Made by a program: the position numbers and the translations under genes
NCBI GenBank assembly: GCA_964016885.1
Contig: OZ024753.1
Location: 25,606,001-25,670,000, forward strand
Direction: 5' to 3'
DNA from: Eledone cirrhosa
Lineage: Eukaryota
DNA: 64,000 nucleotides
Notes under the pieces: model-generated
What the model was told of the DNA's origin: nothing
Database searches by the model: none
What the model saw: only the letters and a program-made list of their open reading frames with translations
Shown: piece after piece, positions 1 through 13,326 of the stretch
Position numbering within the stretch: position 1 is the first letter of the stretch
Layout of the letters: each line of letters opens with the position of its first letter

Positions 1-133
1 AAATGGGTTTAGGTGGAACAAGCTAACATTTAAAGGAAGGGGTTTAGGTGGAGCAAGCTACTGTTTAAAGGAAGGGGTTTAGGTAGAACAAGGTACAGTT
101 TAAAGGGAAGGGTTTAGGTGGAACAAGCTAACG
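1..133. repeat. 35-bp tandem repeat, ~4 copies, cut by window start
   Basis: GGTTTAGG recurs at 6, 41, 76 and 111. Confidence 0.85.
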
Positions 134-865
134 TCTCACAAAACAGGGACCTTAAATAATCACCATTATCATCATCATACATCAATTTTACATGGGATCA
201 CTGGTGTTGGTCTGTGTCAGTAAACATTATACAGCGAAGGTTGTGAGTTTCAATAAGGTTTTTATACTGTGGAGGAGAAACGGAATCTCTCTTTTTTAAG
301 GAATAAAAGACGTCTCTTGCTCGATGTGACTGGGGTCATTCTAGGTCAGTAGGCCATTGCGTGGTGATGGGACTTTCATAGATCCAGGATAGGGGTCATT
401 CTAGGTCAGCAATCCCAGCAGGCCATGACGTGGTGAAGGGACTTCCATAGATCCAGGATAGCACTACTATCTGGAGCTTTGCTATTGGTAGAGCCACTCT
501 AAGTGGGACGGTCTCGTGAGTAAGTTCCAGACCAACAGTGACCCACAGTGTGTCAAATCACCACCAAGATGGCAGCTCCACCCCCAGACTATTCTACAGA
601 GGATCCACCCAGAAGAACCACAGCTTTGTACAGCTTCTACCTCTTTGTCTTCATCACCCCCTCGCCATCTCTACTGTTGCTATCTTCACATGTTTTATCA
701 CAAATCATTTCATTTATTTAGTAACCTTTCCTAGTCTAAAAACGCTTCACACTACGTCTGGTGCAAGGGAAGTAACTCTACTTGCTTATTTTTTACACAT
801 GTGATTATTTCCCTTGTATAGCAATAGTATAAACCAGGATTTACTTTTTATAAACGTTATTTATC

Positions 866-1038
866 GTGTTGTTGTTGTTGTTGTTGTCGTTGTTGGTGTT
901 GTTGTTTGTTTTGTTTGTTGTTTGTTTGTGTTGTTGTTATTTGTGTTTTTGTTGCTTGTGTTGTTGTTTGTGTTGTTGTTGTTTGTGTTGTTTTTGTTTG
1001 TGTTGTTGTTACTTGTGTTGTTGTTTGTGTTGTTGTTT
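866..1038. repeat. (GTT)n/GT-rich low-complexity microsatellite
   Basis: Direct reading; explains the poly-V/L/C ORFs. Confidence 0.9.
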
Positions 1039-1160
1039 CATACCAAATGAGATTCTGTATTTTATCGTCGTTCTTTTATTATAATCTCGTCTCATTAAAT
1101 GTCTGACAATAATTAGCAGAAATATCTCCCCACGGGTAGAAACCGCAGCTGCAGCATATC

Positions 1161-1395
1161 GACAATATGTCCCCACCCTTCAACTGTAAAGTGGTCGTGT
1201 AGGTGTCTCGGTAGAGAAGCACTCAGTAAATGAGGTTGGTGCTAGAAAGGGCATCCAGCTGTAGAAACCAACCCCAAATCAGTTCCTGTATAAGCAAGAC
1301 AAGGTCACTTGACCTGGCATTGCCCACAACAGGACAACCCCTCTAACCCATGCTAGCGTGGAAGAATGGACGTAAAACGTTGATGATGATGATGA
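1161..1395 (+). mobile_element. RTE LINE 3' UTR fragment with (GAT)n tail
   Basis: Matches the 3' UTR of the RTE at 15960-16264 (AGGGCATCCAGCTGTAGAAA; AACCCATGCTAGCGTGGAAGAA..GGACGTAAAACG(TGA)n). Confidence 0.85.
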
Positions 1396-1449
1396 TATAT
1401 TCTACAGAATGTAACGTAAATTTTTACCTCCATACCAAACTTACATTCA

Positions 1450-1633
1450 TAATAATTGTTTCTACTTTTGGCACAAGGCCATCAATTATCTCAGTGTATT
1501 ACTGGTACTTTATTTTATTGACCCCGTAAGGATGAAAGGCAAAGCTAACCTCGGTGGGATTTGAACTCAGGACGTAAAAAACCGTAACTCGATGCCACAA
1601 AGCATGTTGTCCGGCGCTCTACCGATTCTGCCA
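1450..1633 (-). mobile_element. tRNA-derived SINE (family A)
   Basis: Minus strand: A-box-like TGGCAGAATCGG, B-box GAGTTCAAATCC, body GCCTTTCATCCTTACGGGGTC.ATAAAATAAAGTACCAG, (ATT)n tail; many copies in window. Confidence 0.85.
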
Positions 1634-1685
1634 TCGTCAAACAATCATAATAATTCTTTCTTTATTTTATTATTATTTGACGGTA

Positions 1686-1866
1686 ATTGGCAGTATCGGT
1701 AGAGGGTCGGACGCCATGCTTTGACGCATAGAGTCACGGCCCTTGCCATTCTGAGTTCAAATCCCGCCGAGGTTAACTTTGCCTTTCATCCTTCTGGGGT
1801 CGATAAAATAAAGTACCAGTAATGCATTGGGTAATTGCTGGCCTTGTGCCAAAAGTAGAAACAATT
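1686..1866 (+). mobile_element. tRNA-derived SINE (family A) with 17-bp target-site duplication
   Basis: A/B boxes; TSD ATTATTATTTGACGGTA at 1669-1685 and 1864-1880. Confidence 0.9.
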
Positions 1867-2026
1867 ATTATTTGACGGTAGCCTACTTCATTTAAATATT
1901 TCTATCAAATATTTTATTGTAATTATATCTTAAACATACATATTTATGTGTGTGTATATAATGTGTATATAATGTTTTAGAGCAGTACTGCCACTTCTGC
2001 ACACATCAGTAGTTTACAACGACAAT

Positions 2027-3406
2027 GATATATAATTATATATTATATAGACTGTTGTAATTATTATATACACTCCTATATATATTATATACACTGCTAT
2101 AATTATTATATACACTGCTGTATATATTATATAGACTGCTGTATATATTATATAGACTGTTGTAATTATTATATACACTGCTGTAATTATTATATACACT
2201 GCTGTATATATTATATAGACTGCTGTATATATTATATACACTGCTGTAATTATATATTATATACACTGCTATATATATTATATACACTGCTGTAATTATA
2301 TATTATATACACTGCTGTATATATTATATACACTGCTGTAATTATTATATAGACTGTTGTAATTATTATATACACAGCTGTATATATTATATACACTGTT
2401 GTAATTATTATATAGACTGCTGTATATATTATATACAGTGCTGTAATTATTATATAGACTGCTGTAATTATTATATACTCTGCTGTAATTATTATATAGA
2501 CTGCTGTAATTATTATATACACTGCTGTATATATTATATACACTGCTGTAATTATTATATAGACTGCTGTATATATTATATACAGTGCTGTAATTATTAT
2601 ATAGACTGCTGTAATTATTATATACACTGCTGTATATATTATATACACTGCTGATTATATTATATACACTGCTGTAATTATATATTATATACACTGCTGT
2701 AATTATATATTATATACACTGCTGTAATTATTATTTCGACCACTGTAATTATTATATACACTGCTGTATATATTATATACACTGCTGTATATATTATCTA
2801 CACTGCTGAAATTATTATATACACTGCTTTATATATTATATAGACTGCTGTATATATTATTTACACTGCTGTAATTATTATATACACTGCCTTAATTATT
2901 ATATACACTGCTGTAATTATTATATACACTGACTTAATTATTATATATACTGTTGTAATTATTATATTATATAGACTGCTGTAATTATTACATACACTGC
3001 TGTATATATTATATAGACTAGACTGCTGTATATATTATATACACTGCTGTAACTATTATATATACTGGTGTATATATTATATACACAGCTGTAATTATTA
3101 TATACACTGTTGTAATTATTATATACACTGCTGTATATATTATATACACTGCTGTATATATTATATACACTGCTGTAATTATTATATACACTACTGTAAT
3201 TATTATATACACTGTTGTAATTATTATATACACTGCTGTATATATTATATACACTTGTGTAATTATTATATACACTGCTGTATATATTATATACACTGCT
3301 GTGTATATAATATACACTGCTGTAATTATATATTATATACACTGCTGTAATTATATACACTGCTGTATATATTATATACACTGCTGTATATATTATATAC
3401 ACTGCT
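2027..3406. repeat. ~21-bp AT-rich minisatellite (TA[T/A][A/T]TATTATATACACTGCTG-like)
   Basis: Direct periodicity; source of the YIIYTAV ORFs. Confidence 0.95.
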
Positions 3407-3568
3407 ATCTACATACTGTGTAGCAACTCTATAATATTGTGTTGGTACGTGTTTTAAGAGAGGATTGCAACAGTTGACAATCAACGGAACATGTATGTAT
3501 GTATGTCTGTCTGTTTGTCTGTCTGTCTGTATGTATGTATGTATGCATGTATGTATGTATGTATGTAT

Positions 3569-3886
3569 GTTGACTTGTTCTTCTTTTTGATAAATATCAT
3601 CTTGGTTAAGAGAGTGGGACTGGGTTTGTGCAGTGCCTTTGCTCACTATAAAACCTTCACGGCACAGACATTGCTTTATATCTGGAGATCTCTCTGCACT
3701 TGTCGTCACATGGTACCATGGGCCCAGCACTATGTGTCAATAATTGTCACAAGTGTAGTGTTTCTACCAGAGTTTTCAAGTCGTTGGCTGGACTAAAAAG
3801 ACACACTCGTTCAGCGCATCAGTAGGAGTTCTCCTACATGGATATAAAGTAGTGGCCGTACTCGAAAACGAGTTGGCAGTCACCAT
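3569..3886 (+). mobile_element. Short non-coding retroelement, probably a non-autonomous RTE derivative, flanked by (TATG)n
   Basis: Homologous to 19792-20085 on the opposite strand; ends in hairpin GTGGCCGTACTCGAAAACGAGTTGGCAGTCAC followed by a microsatellite. Confidence 0.5.
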
Positions 3887-3982
3887 GTATGTATGTATGT
3901 ATGTCTGTATGTCTGTATGTACGTTTGTATGGATGTATGTATGTATGAGTGTATGTGTCTATGTATGTATGTATGTATGTAT

Positions 3983-5751
3983 GTTCTTCTGGTTTTATAA
4001 TTTTTCCCAATAGAGAGAGTCGGTTTCTAACATAGACACAAGACTCTCTCATTGGAATTTACACAACATCAACTAGGTAGATATGTATGTATGCATGTGT
4101 AGATATGGATGTTATTGTATGTGTGGATGTGGATGTTTTGAGTTGTATGTGTGCATGTGCATATGATTTGTATCTGTACATGTGTATATGCAGTTATTAG
4201 ATGCAAAATGTTTGGAATGTTTTACATATTTTTACTGTTCCATTAATGGATTGTATGTGTAATTTCCTAACTAGTTGTGTTCTTTCTGTTTCCGTGAAGC
4301 CCAGCTTCTCAAGATTTGTATTGAGGCAGTTACTAACATATCCCAGTGCCTCAATAATCACAGGTATAAATCTGAAGGTATAGTCAGGTTGGAGTATCTG
4401 CAGATTTCTCATCAGTTCTGCATAAATATTCTCCTTTTCGCTAATCTTTGATATTATATTGGCATCTGCTGGGCAGCTAACTTCCACTACTGTGCATGCC
4501 TTCTTTTCCCTGTCCCATATTATAATATCTGGTCTGTTATGCCTGCATTTTATTGAGGTTTTTACTGGAACATTCCACCAGTACTCTTTCATATTATGTA
4601 CGTGGATGTCTTCCACATTGCTGTATCTTTTAATGTGTTTATTATCGGGGCTATCTTTTCTACGGATTGTATTGTACAGTGTTTTGGCCACTACATCATG
4701 CTTCATAGGTAGATAGTACCGCAATGACATCTTTGGATAGCTGCTGATGACATGGGTGACATCTTCGATGTTAATTCTGCAGAGTCTGCACTTGTTATCA
4801 CATCTAGGTGTTTTGCCTGCATCCCTATCTCTTTTGTGAATCAGGTATTTTGTGTTAATTTCATGTTTTTGGATTGCAAAAGCATATCCTTCAAAGCGGG
4901 AGCCAATATATCGGTTGTTGGTCCAAGATAGACTACTTTCCTTATCTATATTACTCTCACTCTGGAGCTTCCTGGCAACATATCCATGCATGATACTACT
5001 GAGCGACTTCCCTGGGTGTGAGTTTTTGATTATCACACAGGGAATACATCTCGAGGAGTTCCTTCCCAACTCTCATGATCTTATCTGTTTCATGCAGATA
5101 GACTTGCTCAAGAGACGGGCTCCTACGCTTCGAGGTTCGTAGATGTTGTTGGAGGGATATGATGCGACACCCACATGCTGTCTGGACTGATGTTAGGCCT
5201 CTGCCTCCGTGCTTTCGTTTCAAGTAAAGGCGGTCTATGTCACTATTGATGTGGAAGTTTCTGGTGTTGTTTAGTATTTTTCGAGTTCTAACATCAACTG
5301 CTCAGATTTCCACTATCGTCCAATTGAGTATTCCAAACGTTGGTGTTAGGACAGGCACAGCAAACACATTGTGAGCCACTGTTTTGTTTTACACAAAGAG
5401 TTCCGATGACCAGATCTTTCTTAATCGGGTGTAGTATTCCCTGGTTACGCGTTCTTTATTACAGACACCTTATAGGATATGTTCGCATCTATCCCCAGGT
5501 ATCTGTAGCAGTCCTCATCAGATATCGGTGAATCAGTTAGGCCATTGATGACAATGTTGCTAGATTGGGTTGTAGTTTTTCCCTGCTTTACAACCATATA
5601 TGAACATTTATCTTGGACAAACTCCATTCCTATATCCTTTGAGAATGTTGTAACCAGGTCAAGATTTTTCTTCATCCCATCCATTCTCTTGGCATAGAGT
5701 TTCAGATCATTGGTTTAGAAATTATGGGTTAGGTTCGTATTTCTGTCCTCC
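3983..5751 (-). mobile_element. 5'-truncated R4/Dong-like non-LTR retrotransposon (RT remnant, CCHC knuckle, restriction-like endonuclease), degenerate
   Basis: ORF 4197-5069 has CRLC..E...H, KHD, RPDIIIWD..EVSCP RLE motifs; GGRGL and YRYLG upstream in shifted frames; close match to 33053-35122. Confidence 0.9.
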
Positions 5752-5940
5752 TGTATGTATGTATGTATGTATGTATGTATGTATGTATGTATGTATGTGT
5801 GTATGTGTGTGTGTGTGTATGAATGTATGTGTGGGTGTGTGTGTATGTATATATGTATGTATATGTATGCATGAATGTATGTGTGTGTATGTATATTTGT
5901 GTGTATGTTTGTGTGTGTATGTGTGTGTGTGTGTATGTGT
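5752..5940. repeat. (TATG)n/(TG)n microsatellite
   Basis: Direct reading. Confidence 0.9.
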
Positions 5941-6258
5941 CGCGCCTTTGGAATAGGTACCTCGTGTCCACCATATAAGGCGACTAAAATAATTGAGGAA
6001 CGATAAGAGAGTTATCACTAAAACACTTTGATCTGTATGACCAATAACTTGGGAAAAGTGAACATATGGTGATGATGATGAATTAAGTATCACTCCCTTC
6101 CTGTGTTTACCCCCTCCAAATACCGTCGGCCTATTGGACGCACTTTTTTACCCCCCCCTCCAAAAAAAGCAAAAAGCCCTAAAATGTTTCCCCTGTGTGT
6201 TCAATACGTCCCTATAACCAATGGCAGGACAAATGGAGGGCGAGGATAATCGGTTAAA

Positions 6259-7927
6259 ACAATTTAGTCTCTATTACTATTAGTATTACTAATACATTAA
6301 TACAATACACTAGTGTCTGTATTACTATTAGTATGACTAATACAGTAATACAATACACTAATGTCTGTATTACTATTAGTATTACTAATACATTAATACA
6401 ATACACTAGTGTCTGTATTACTATTAGTATTACTAATACAGTAATACAATACAATTTAGTCTGTATTACTATTAGTATTACTAATACATTAATACAATAC
6501 ACTAGTGTCTGTATTACTATTAGTATTACTAATACAGTAATACAATACAATTTAGTCTCTATTACTATTAGTATTACTAATACATTAATACAATACACTA
6601 GTGTCTGTATTACTATTAGTATTACTAGTACAGTAGTACAATACAATTTAGTCTGTATTACTATTAGTATTACTAGTATAGTAGTACAATACAATTTAGT
6701 CTGTATTACTATTAGTATTACTAGTACAGTAGTACAATACAATTTAGTCTGTATTACTATTAGTATTACTAGTATAGTAGTACAATACACTAGTGTCTGT
6801 ATTACTATTAGTATTACTAATACAGTAATACAATACAATTTAGTCTGTATTACTATTAGTATTACTAGTACAGTAGTACAATACACTAGTGTCTGTATTA
6901 CTATTAGTATTACTAATACATTAATACAATACAATTTAGTCTGTATTATTATTAGTATTATTAATACAGTAGTACAATACAATTTAGTCTGTATTACTAT
7001 TAGTATTACTAATACAGTAGTACAATACACTAGTGTCTGTATTACTATTAGTATTACTAGTACAGTAATACAATACAATTTAGTCTGTATTACTATTAGT
7101 ATTACTAGTACAGTAGTACAATACACTAGTGTCTGTATTACTATTAGTATTACTAATACAGTAGTACAATACAATTTAGTCTGTATTACTATTAGTATTA
7201 CTAATACAGTAGTACAATACAATTTAGTCTGTATTACTATTAGTATTACTAATACAGTAGTACAATACAATTTAGTCTGTATTACTATTAGTATTACTAA
7301 TACAGTAGTACAATACAATTTAGTCTGTATTACTATTAGTATTACTAATACAGTAGTACAATACACTAGTGTCTGTATTACTATTAGTATTACTAATACA
7401 GTAGTACAATACAATTTAGTCTGTATTACTATTAGTATTACTAATACAGTAGTACAATGCAATTTAGTCTGTATTACTATTAGTATTACTAATACAGTAG
7501 TACAATACAATTTAGTCTGTATTACTATTAGTATTACTAATACAGTAGTACAATACAATTTAGTCTGTATTACTATTAATACAGTAGTACAATACAATTT
7601 AGTCTGTATTACTATTAGTATTACTAATACAGTAGTACAATACAATTTAGTCTGTATTACTATTAATACAGTAGTACAATACAATTTAGTCTGTATTACT
7701 ATTAGTATTACTAATACAGTAGTACAATACACTAGTGTCTGTATTACTATTAGTATTACTAATACAGTAGTACAATACAATTTAGTCTGTATTACTATTA
7801 GTATTACTAGTACAGTAGTACAATACAATTTAGTCTGTATTACTATTAGTATTATTAATACAGTAGTACAATACAATTTAGTCTGTATTAGTATTAGTAT
7901 TACTAGTACAGTAGTACAATACAATTT
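6259..7927. repeat. 48-bp minisatellite, ~35 copies
   Basis: Unit TACAATTTAGTCTGTATTACTATTAGTATTACTAATACAGTAGTACAA; gives 16-aa periodic pseudo-ORFs. Confidence 0.95.
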
Positions 7928-8082
7928 ATATAAACAAAATTATGTTGAACTTATATAAGAGTTTCTGAAAAATAAATAAAATAACTTTTAATAAATTTAT
8001 GAAAAAAATGTATTAAACTTTTTTCTTCTCAAAACTTCCTTATAAAAGCAGGGTTTGTCTTATATAAAGGTAGATATATATA

Positions 8083-8428
8083 TGGAGGCACATGGCTTAG
8101 TGGTTAGAGCATTGGCCTTGCAATCGAAAGATTGTGAGTTCAATTCTCAGATCGGGTGATGTGTTGTTTCCTTGAGATTCCGAGACACTTTACCTCACAT
8201 TGCTCCAGGTTATTCAGCTGTAGAAATGGGATGATAGGGACTGGGCTCCCTATCATTCCACTGCATGGAGGTAGTCGTGGAGGTGCCACGGCAAAAAAGC
8301 ACCCAGCACTCACTGTAAATGAGGTTGGTGTTAGGAAGGGCATCCAGCTGTAGAAATCAAGCCAGAACCAGTTCCCGTCCCACCCTTGTAAGCAGGGAAA
8401 AGTGGATGTAAAATGATGATGATCATGA
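8083..8428 (+). mobile_element. tRNA-headed SINE with CORE-like middle and RTE-derived 3' tail
   Basis: TGGCTTAGTGG A box, GAGTTCAATTC B box; 8270-8363 matches RTE 3' UTR segments at ~15998-16140; (GAT)n end. Confidence 0.8.
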
Positions 8429-8739
8429 TATATATATACTTAGTACTGTTACTTTAAACTCTGTGTCAGACGAAAAGACAAGCCCCGAAATGTTAACCCC
8501 CTCCCCTTCCCTCTGTCATATTACACAATATAGTTAATGGTTAAAGGAAAGTAACTCTTGTTAAACTATTTAATAAATCAGAATTGAATTTCTTTTTCTG
8601 AAAATATTAAATATTGATCTCTGTACAAGGTGGCGGGATTTGAACTCAGAATGTAAAAAGGGACGTAATTAAACACCACAAGGTATTTAACCCGTTGCTC
8701 TACTGTTTATCACTCTGACCAGGGTATTTAGTCATCTGT

Positions 8740-9090
8740 CAAGTCACAACAAGGACCTCAACAGATAATACTTTCCTCAAAATGTCTGCAGTACCCAGTA
8801 AAGCCACCTTTTATATGTCACCCAACCTTTATGGGATTCCAAGTCACTTTAAGAAGTCTTGAAGTTTCAAGAAGATTGACCCCACCCCCCGCCACCCTGA
8901 TCACAACTGGTATCACATTACCCTCTTATATTCCAAATAGTCTTGCTATCTTCGCTTTCAAATCAGAGTACTTGATGATTTTTTCAATATCCTTACTCCT
9001 AATATCTGTGTTATTTGGTATGGCCATATCGATGATCTGACAGTATTTGTCCTTGTTCAATACAACAATGTCCTGGTGGTTATTATTAGG
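8740..9090 (-). mobile_element. Old RLE (R4-like) LINE 3' fragment
   Basis: Minus-strand DIVVLNK..CQIIDMAIP..KDIEKIIKYSDL, IPVVI and terminal VALLGTADILRKVL. Confidence 0.75.
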
Positions 9091-9091
9091 G

Positions 9092-9290
9092 TGGTGGATT
9101 GGCAGGATCGGTAGAGCATCAGACACCATGCTTCGTGGCATAGAGTTACGATCCGAGTTCAAATTCCGTCGCGGTTAGCTTTGCCTTTTATCTTTACGGG
9201 TTGACAAAATAAAGCACCAGTAATGCACTGGAGTCGACTTAATCGATTTTCCTGTACTCCAAAAATAGTTGACTTTATGCCTAAATCAGT
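9092..9290 (+). mobile_element. tRNA-derived SINE (family A related)
   Basis: GGTGGATTGGCAGGATCGGTAGAGC head, GAGTTCAAATT B box, family body. Confidence 0.8.
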
Positions 9291-10109
9291 CCAGTCGAAG
9301 TCAATATTGATTTTCACCCTTCCTAGATCGATAAAATAAAGTGACTGTCAAGTACAGGGGTAATCTTTTCCCTCCCAATAAATCGTTGGATTTCTGCCTA
9401 AATTAAAAATCACTATTAGCTATGTATGTATGCATAGTCCCGTAGATCCCAAGGAAGGGACGTAGGGGCGCCATATTGACATACAGCGTTTTTAGGGTAT
9501 TTTAATACCTGGCAGAGCCCATCTCCTCTCCAGGGCTGAATACAGCAGATTTCATCCAGAGAAGGAGAGAGAGCGAGATGAAGTGAGAAAGAAATATAGA
9601 GGGAGAATAGATCCTGGTACTTGACTGCTACATTTTTTATCAACATAAAATGGACGAAAGGCAAAGTTGACTTAGAAGGAATTTAAACTGAGAGAGCAGA
9701 GAACCGAGCAGACTGATGTTCTCACTCTGTCAATTCATTTTTAACTATTAACTACAGAAAAGATTTATTGCTGTTTAGGATCCTTCTAGACGACAACAGA
9801 AATTGAAAAGATTAACAATTGACAGCGAGAAAGTAATCAGTAGAAAGAAAGGAAATGAAACAACAAACAGAAATAAAAAGGAAGAAAAAGACATTTACTG
9901 AAAGGGAGAGATGGAGTTTCTTTTAGATAATTTAATATATAACATTTTTATTTGGTTAAAACAGAAAAAGACAGCAGCATTGGAAATAACTATAAATGCC
10001 ATAAATGAGAGGAAAAGGAGAAGACAAGGACTACTAGACAAAGGAAAAAAAGGGGGAGAGGGTGAAAGACTCTACACCAAGGTCATATATTAGAACAGTA
10101 CTATCCTTG

Positions 10110-10770
10110 GTCATCTAGTGGGATGCTCCACTGACTCCACACGTCCCTTCCATTCATCATGTTCACTAATTATGGTCTTCAGTTCCTCTACTGTCTCCAT
10201 CCTTGTCTTCTAGTAGAATGTCCACCTAGGTGACTTTTCTCCTTCCTCTACAGGTTCTCCCCTCAGTAGGTTACCAGAGAACTGACTTGTTTACCACCTC
10301 ATCATTGTGTCAGATGTAATGGCCTGGGAGTTGCACCCTTCCTCTACAGGTTCTCCCCTCAGTAGGTTACCAGAGAACTGACTTGTTTACCACCTCATCA
10401 TTGTGTCAGATCTAATGGCCTGGGAGTTGCACCCTTCCTCTACAGGTTCTCCCCTCAGAAGGGTACCAGAGAACTGACTTGTTTACCACCACATCATTGT
10501 GTCAGATGTAATGGCCTGGGAGTTGCACCCTTCCTCTACAGGTTCTCCCCTCAGTAGGTTACCAGAGAACTGACTTGTTTACCACCTCATCATTGTGTCA
10601 GATGTAATGGCCTGGGAGTTGCACCCTTCTTTGTTGAACTTTTAATGAAACATTTTGAAGATCATCATAAAGTTCTGCATTTGTTAGATGACTTCTCCAA
10701 AACACTGAATGCCATTCTCACCATTTTGGTGTAGCATCTATCTAATAGTTTCTTTAAAGTGTCCATGTTT
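10110..10770 (-). mobile_element. Degenerate RTE/RTEX-like LINE 3' fragment with internal tandem amplification
   Basis: Minus strand reads LDRCYTKMVRMA..WRSHLTNAELY..LQNVSLKVQ, then LPGHYI*H..VLW*PTEG..RGR, then VDILLED..VEELKT; same motif order as 37772-38075. Confidence 0.7.
10241..10630. repeat. 96-bp tandem repeat x4 derived from LINE ORF
   Basis: Units start at 10241, 10337, 10433 and 10529. Confidence 0.9.
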
Positions 10771-11404
10771 CTACTCCACAAAGCAAAATAGAATGGTAGG
10801 AGGGCAGAATGTTTTTCTATTCAATAAAAGGAAAAGGGCAGTGTACATTCTATGACTATTTTATAGGGAGGCAGGCAGAGGGCATCCAGAAACCTGACAT
10901 CAGTGAAGTGAATTCTCTGAAAGACACTCAATGATAGAGCCCATGGATGTTATCCAACCATCTTGCTCGCGGTTTACCCCTGGGTCTCATGGTTTTGCTC
11001 GTATGCCAGAAGTTTCTGGTATTTTCTTGTGCCTCTGTAAGTCTTCCGTTCAAAATACCACCAGAGTTGACTACATTCTACATACATTCATAACACTGGT
11101 CAACAAAATTTTGCTTTATTTCTGTTGACCAAAGTTTGAGACCTGTTCTTGAGGGCCGCTCAGTTTAAAAGGAGGGTTAGAAAATATCTGTGTTTCCTGT
11201 GTTTATGGGATAGCCGAGCTAAAGACAAACATGAAAACCTGTGTTGGAGGCCATATTTGAAATTAGCTCCTCAAAATTAGCTGGGACAACAAAACCAGCA
11301 AAAAGTGTGTTGACCAGTGTAATCGATTATAATCACCATCAGAGATATAATGTCATTGATTTAATCGACTACTTATCATTTACTTTATTTAGTTTAAATA
11401 CACA

Positions 11405-12212
11405 GACAGGCTGTATATATAGTTTATATATATAGACTGTATATATAGTTTAGATATATATAAAGACTGTATATATAGTTTAGATATATATATAAGCTGT
11501 GTATATAGTTTAGATATATAGAATGTATATATAGTTTAGATATATAGACTTTATATATAGTTTATATATATAGACTGTATATATAGTTTATATATATAGA
11601 CTGTATATATAGTTCAGATATATAGACTGTATATATAGTTTAGATATATATATAGACTATATATAGTTTAGATATATAGACTGTATATATAGTTTAGATA
11701 TATATATATATACTGTATATATAGTTTATATATATAGACTGTATATATAGTTTAGATATATAGACTGTATATATAGTTTAGATATATATATATAGACTAT
11801 ATATAGTTTATATATATAGACTGTATATATAGTTTAGATATATATACTGTATATATAGTTTAGATATATATATAGACTGTATATATAGTTTAGATATATA
11901 TAGGCTGTTTATATAGTTTATATATATAGACTGTATATATAGTTTAGATATATATATAGACTGTATATATAGTTTAGATAGTCTAACCCATGCTAGCGTG
12001 GAAGATGGACGTTGAACGATGATGATGATGATGATGATATATATATAGGCTGTATATATATAGTTTAAATATATAGACTGTATATATAGTTTAGATATAT
12101 AGACTGTATATATAGTTTAGATATATAGACTGTATATATAGTTTAGATATATATATAGACTGTATATATATAGTTTAAATATATAGACTGTATATATATA
12201 GTTTAAATATAT
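11405..12212. repeat. AT-rich ~24-28 bp minisatellite (AGACTGTATATATAGTTTAGATATAT); resumes at 13298-13327 and 16265-16588
   Basis: Same unit on both sides of the LINE insertions. Confidence 0.9.
11982..12038 (+). mobile_element. Minimal RTE 3' end (terminal segment + (GAT)n)
   Basis: TCTAACCCATGCTAGCGTGGAAGATGGACGTTGAACGATGATG matches the RTE terminus near 16206-16264. Confidence 0.8.
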
Positions 12213-13297
12213 AAAAGATGTAGTGGGATCACAGGTAAGCTAACTAAGAACATAGATTTTACATGTGGCCGGTGTTCTGGTGCAATAAGTAGCAGCAAGT
12301 GCACACAAAATACTAGCTCTTTCAATTGCGCAGAGGGTTCTATAGAAATAGTGGACAGCTTCCGTTACCTGGGTGATAAAATCAGCAGTGGGGGAGGGTG
12401 CTCTGAAAGTACTGTAGCTAGAGTCAGAACTGGTTGGAAAAAGTTCAGAGAACTTATACCACTATTAGCTGCTAAAGGGTTCTCCCTAAAAATGAAAGGC
12501 AGGTTGTACGATGCCTGCATACGAACAGCAATGTTGCATGGCAGTGAGACCTGGGCATTGTGTGCAGAGGATATACGCAGACTAGAGAGGAACGAAGCTT
12601 GCATGCTCCGCTGGATGTGTAACAGTAATATACGTGAACGGCAAAGCATAAACGAACTAAGGAAAAAATTAGAGATAAGAGGGATCAGATGTTGTTTACT
12701 CGAGAGAAGGCTACGTTGGTATGGACACGTGATGCGCATGAAAGACGATAGCTGTATAACAAAGTGCAGGGCAATAAAGATAGACGGTAGCCACGGAATA
12801 GGCAGACCTAGAAAAACCTGGGACGAGCTGATAAACTCCGACCTCACACACTTACACCTCTCCAAGACAATGTCACCGGACCGAGGCCTTTGGCGGTACT
12901 CAGTAACAGAGAAGACCCGCCTTGCCAGTAGGCATCTCTAACAAAATACACCCCGTCCCGCCACCACCCCCACCCATCCACACCACCTCGTCCTATGTAA
13001 AGTTATGTTGGTGCCGCGCCATCCAGGCCGAAACAAATGAGATCGTGTAGGTGTCACGACAAAAAAACACACAGTCCACGCTGTAATGTGGCCGTGTAGG
13101 CAACACGGTAAAAACCTCCCAGACCCACACTGTAAATGTGGTTGGTGTTAGGAAGGGCATCCAACTGTAGAAAACCTGCCAGACAGTCCTATGCGAGCAA
13201 GACAATCACTCTTGCCTCAAGTGGGACTACCCCCGTCCAAACCCATGCAAGCGTGGAACACGGACGTTAAACGTTGATGATGATGATGATGATGATG
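12213..13297 (+). mobile_element. 5'-truncated RTE-clade LINE
   Basis: ORF 12351-12941 FRYLG..KGRLY..MLHGSETW..RRLRWYGHVMRM..GRPRKTW; 3' UTR; (GAT)n tail. Confidence 0.92.
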
Positions 13298-13326
13298 AGA
13301 CTGTATATATAGTTTATATATATAGA

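Noticed and set aside
516-804. Short ORFs and a GTGAGT donor-like site as a host exon
   Set aside because: No recognisable protein motif or matching acceptor
1686-1770. SINE heads as tRNA genes
   Set aside because: A/B boxes are present but there is no full cloverleaf, and they continue into a SINE body, tail and TSD
6254-7958. 540-556 aa ORFs on both strands
   Set aside because: Artefact of the 48-bp minisatellite
8463-8498. Hammerhead-like CAGACGA..GAAATGTT, and a similar remnant near 35922-35945
   Set aside because: Core and stem II too degenerate to call
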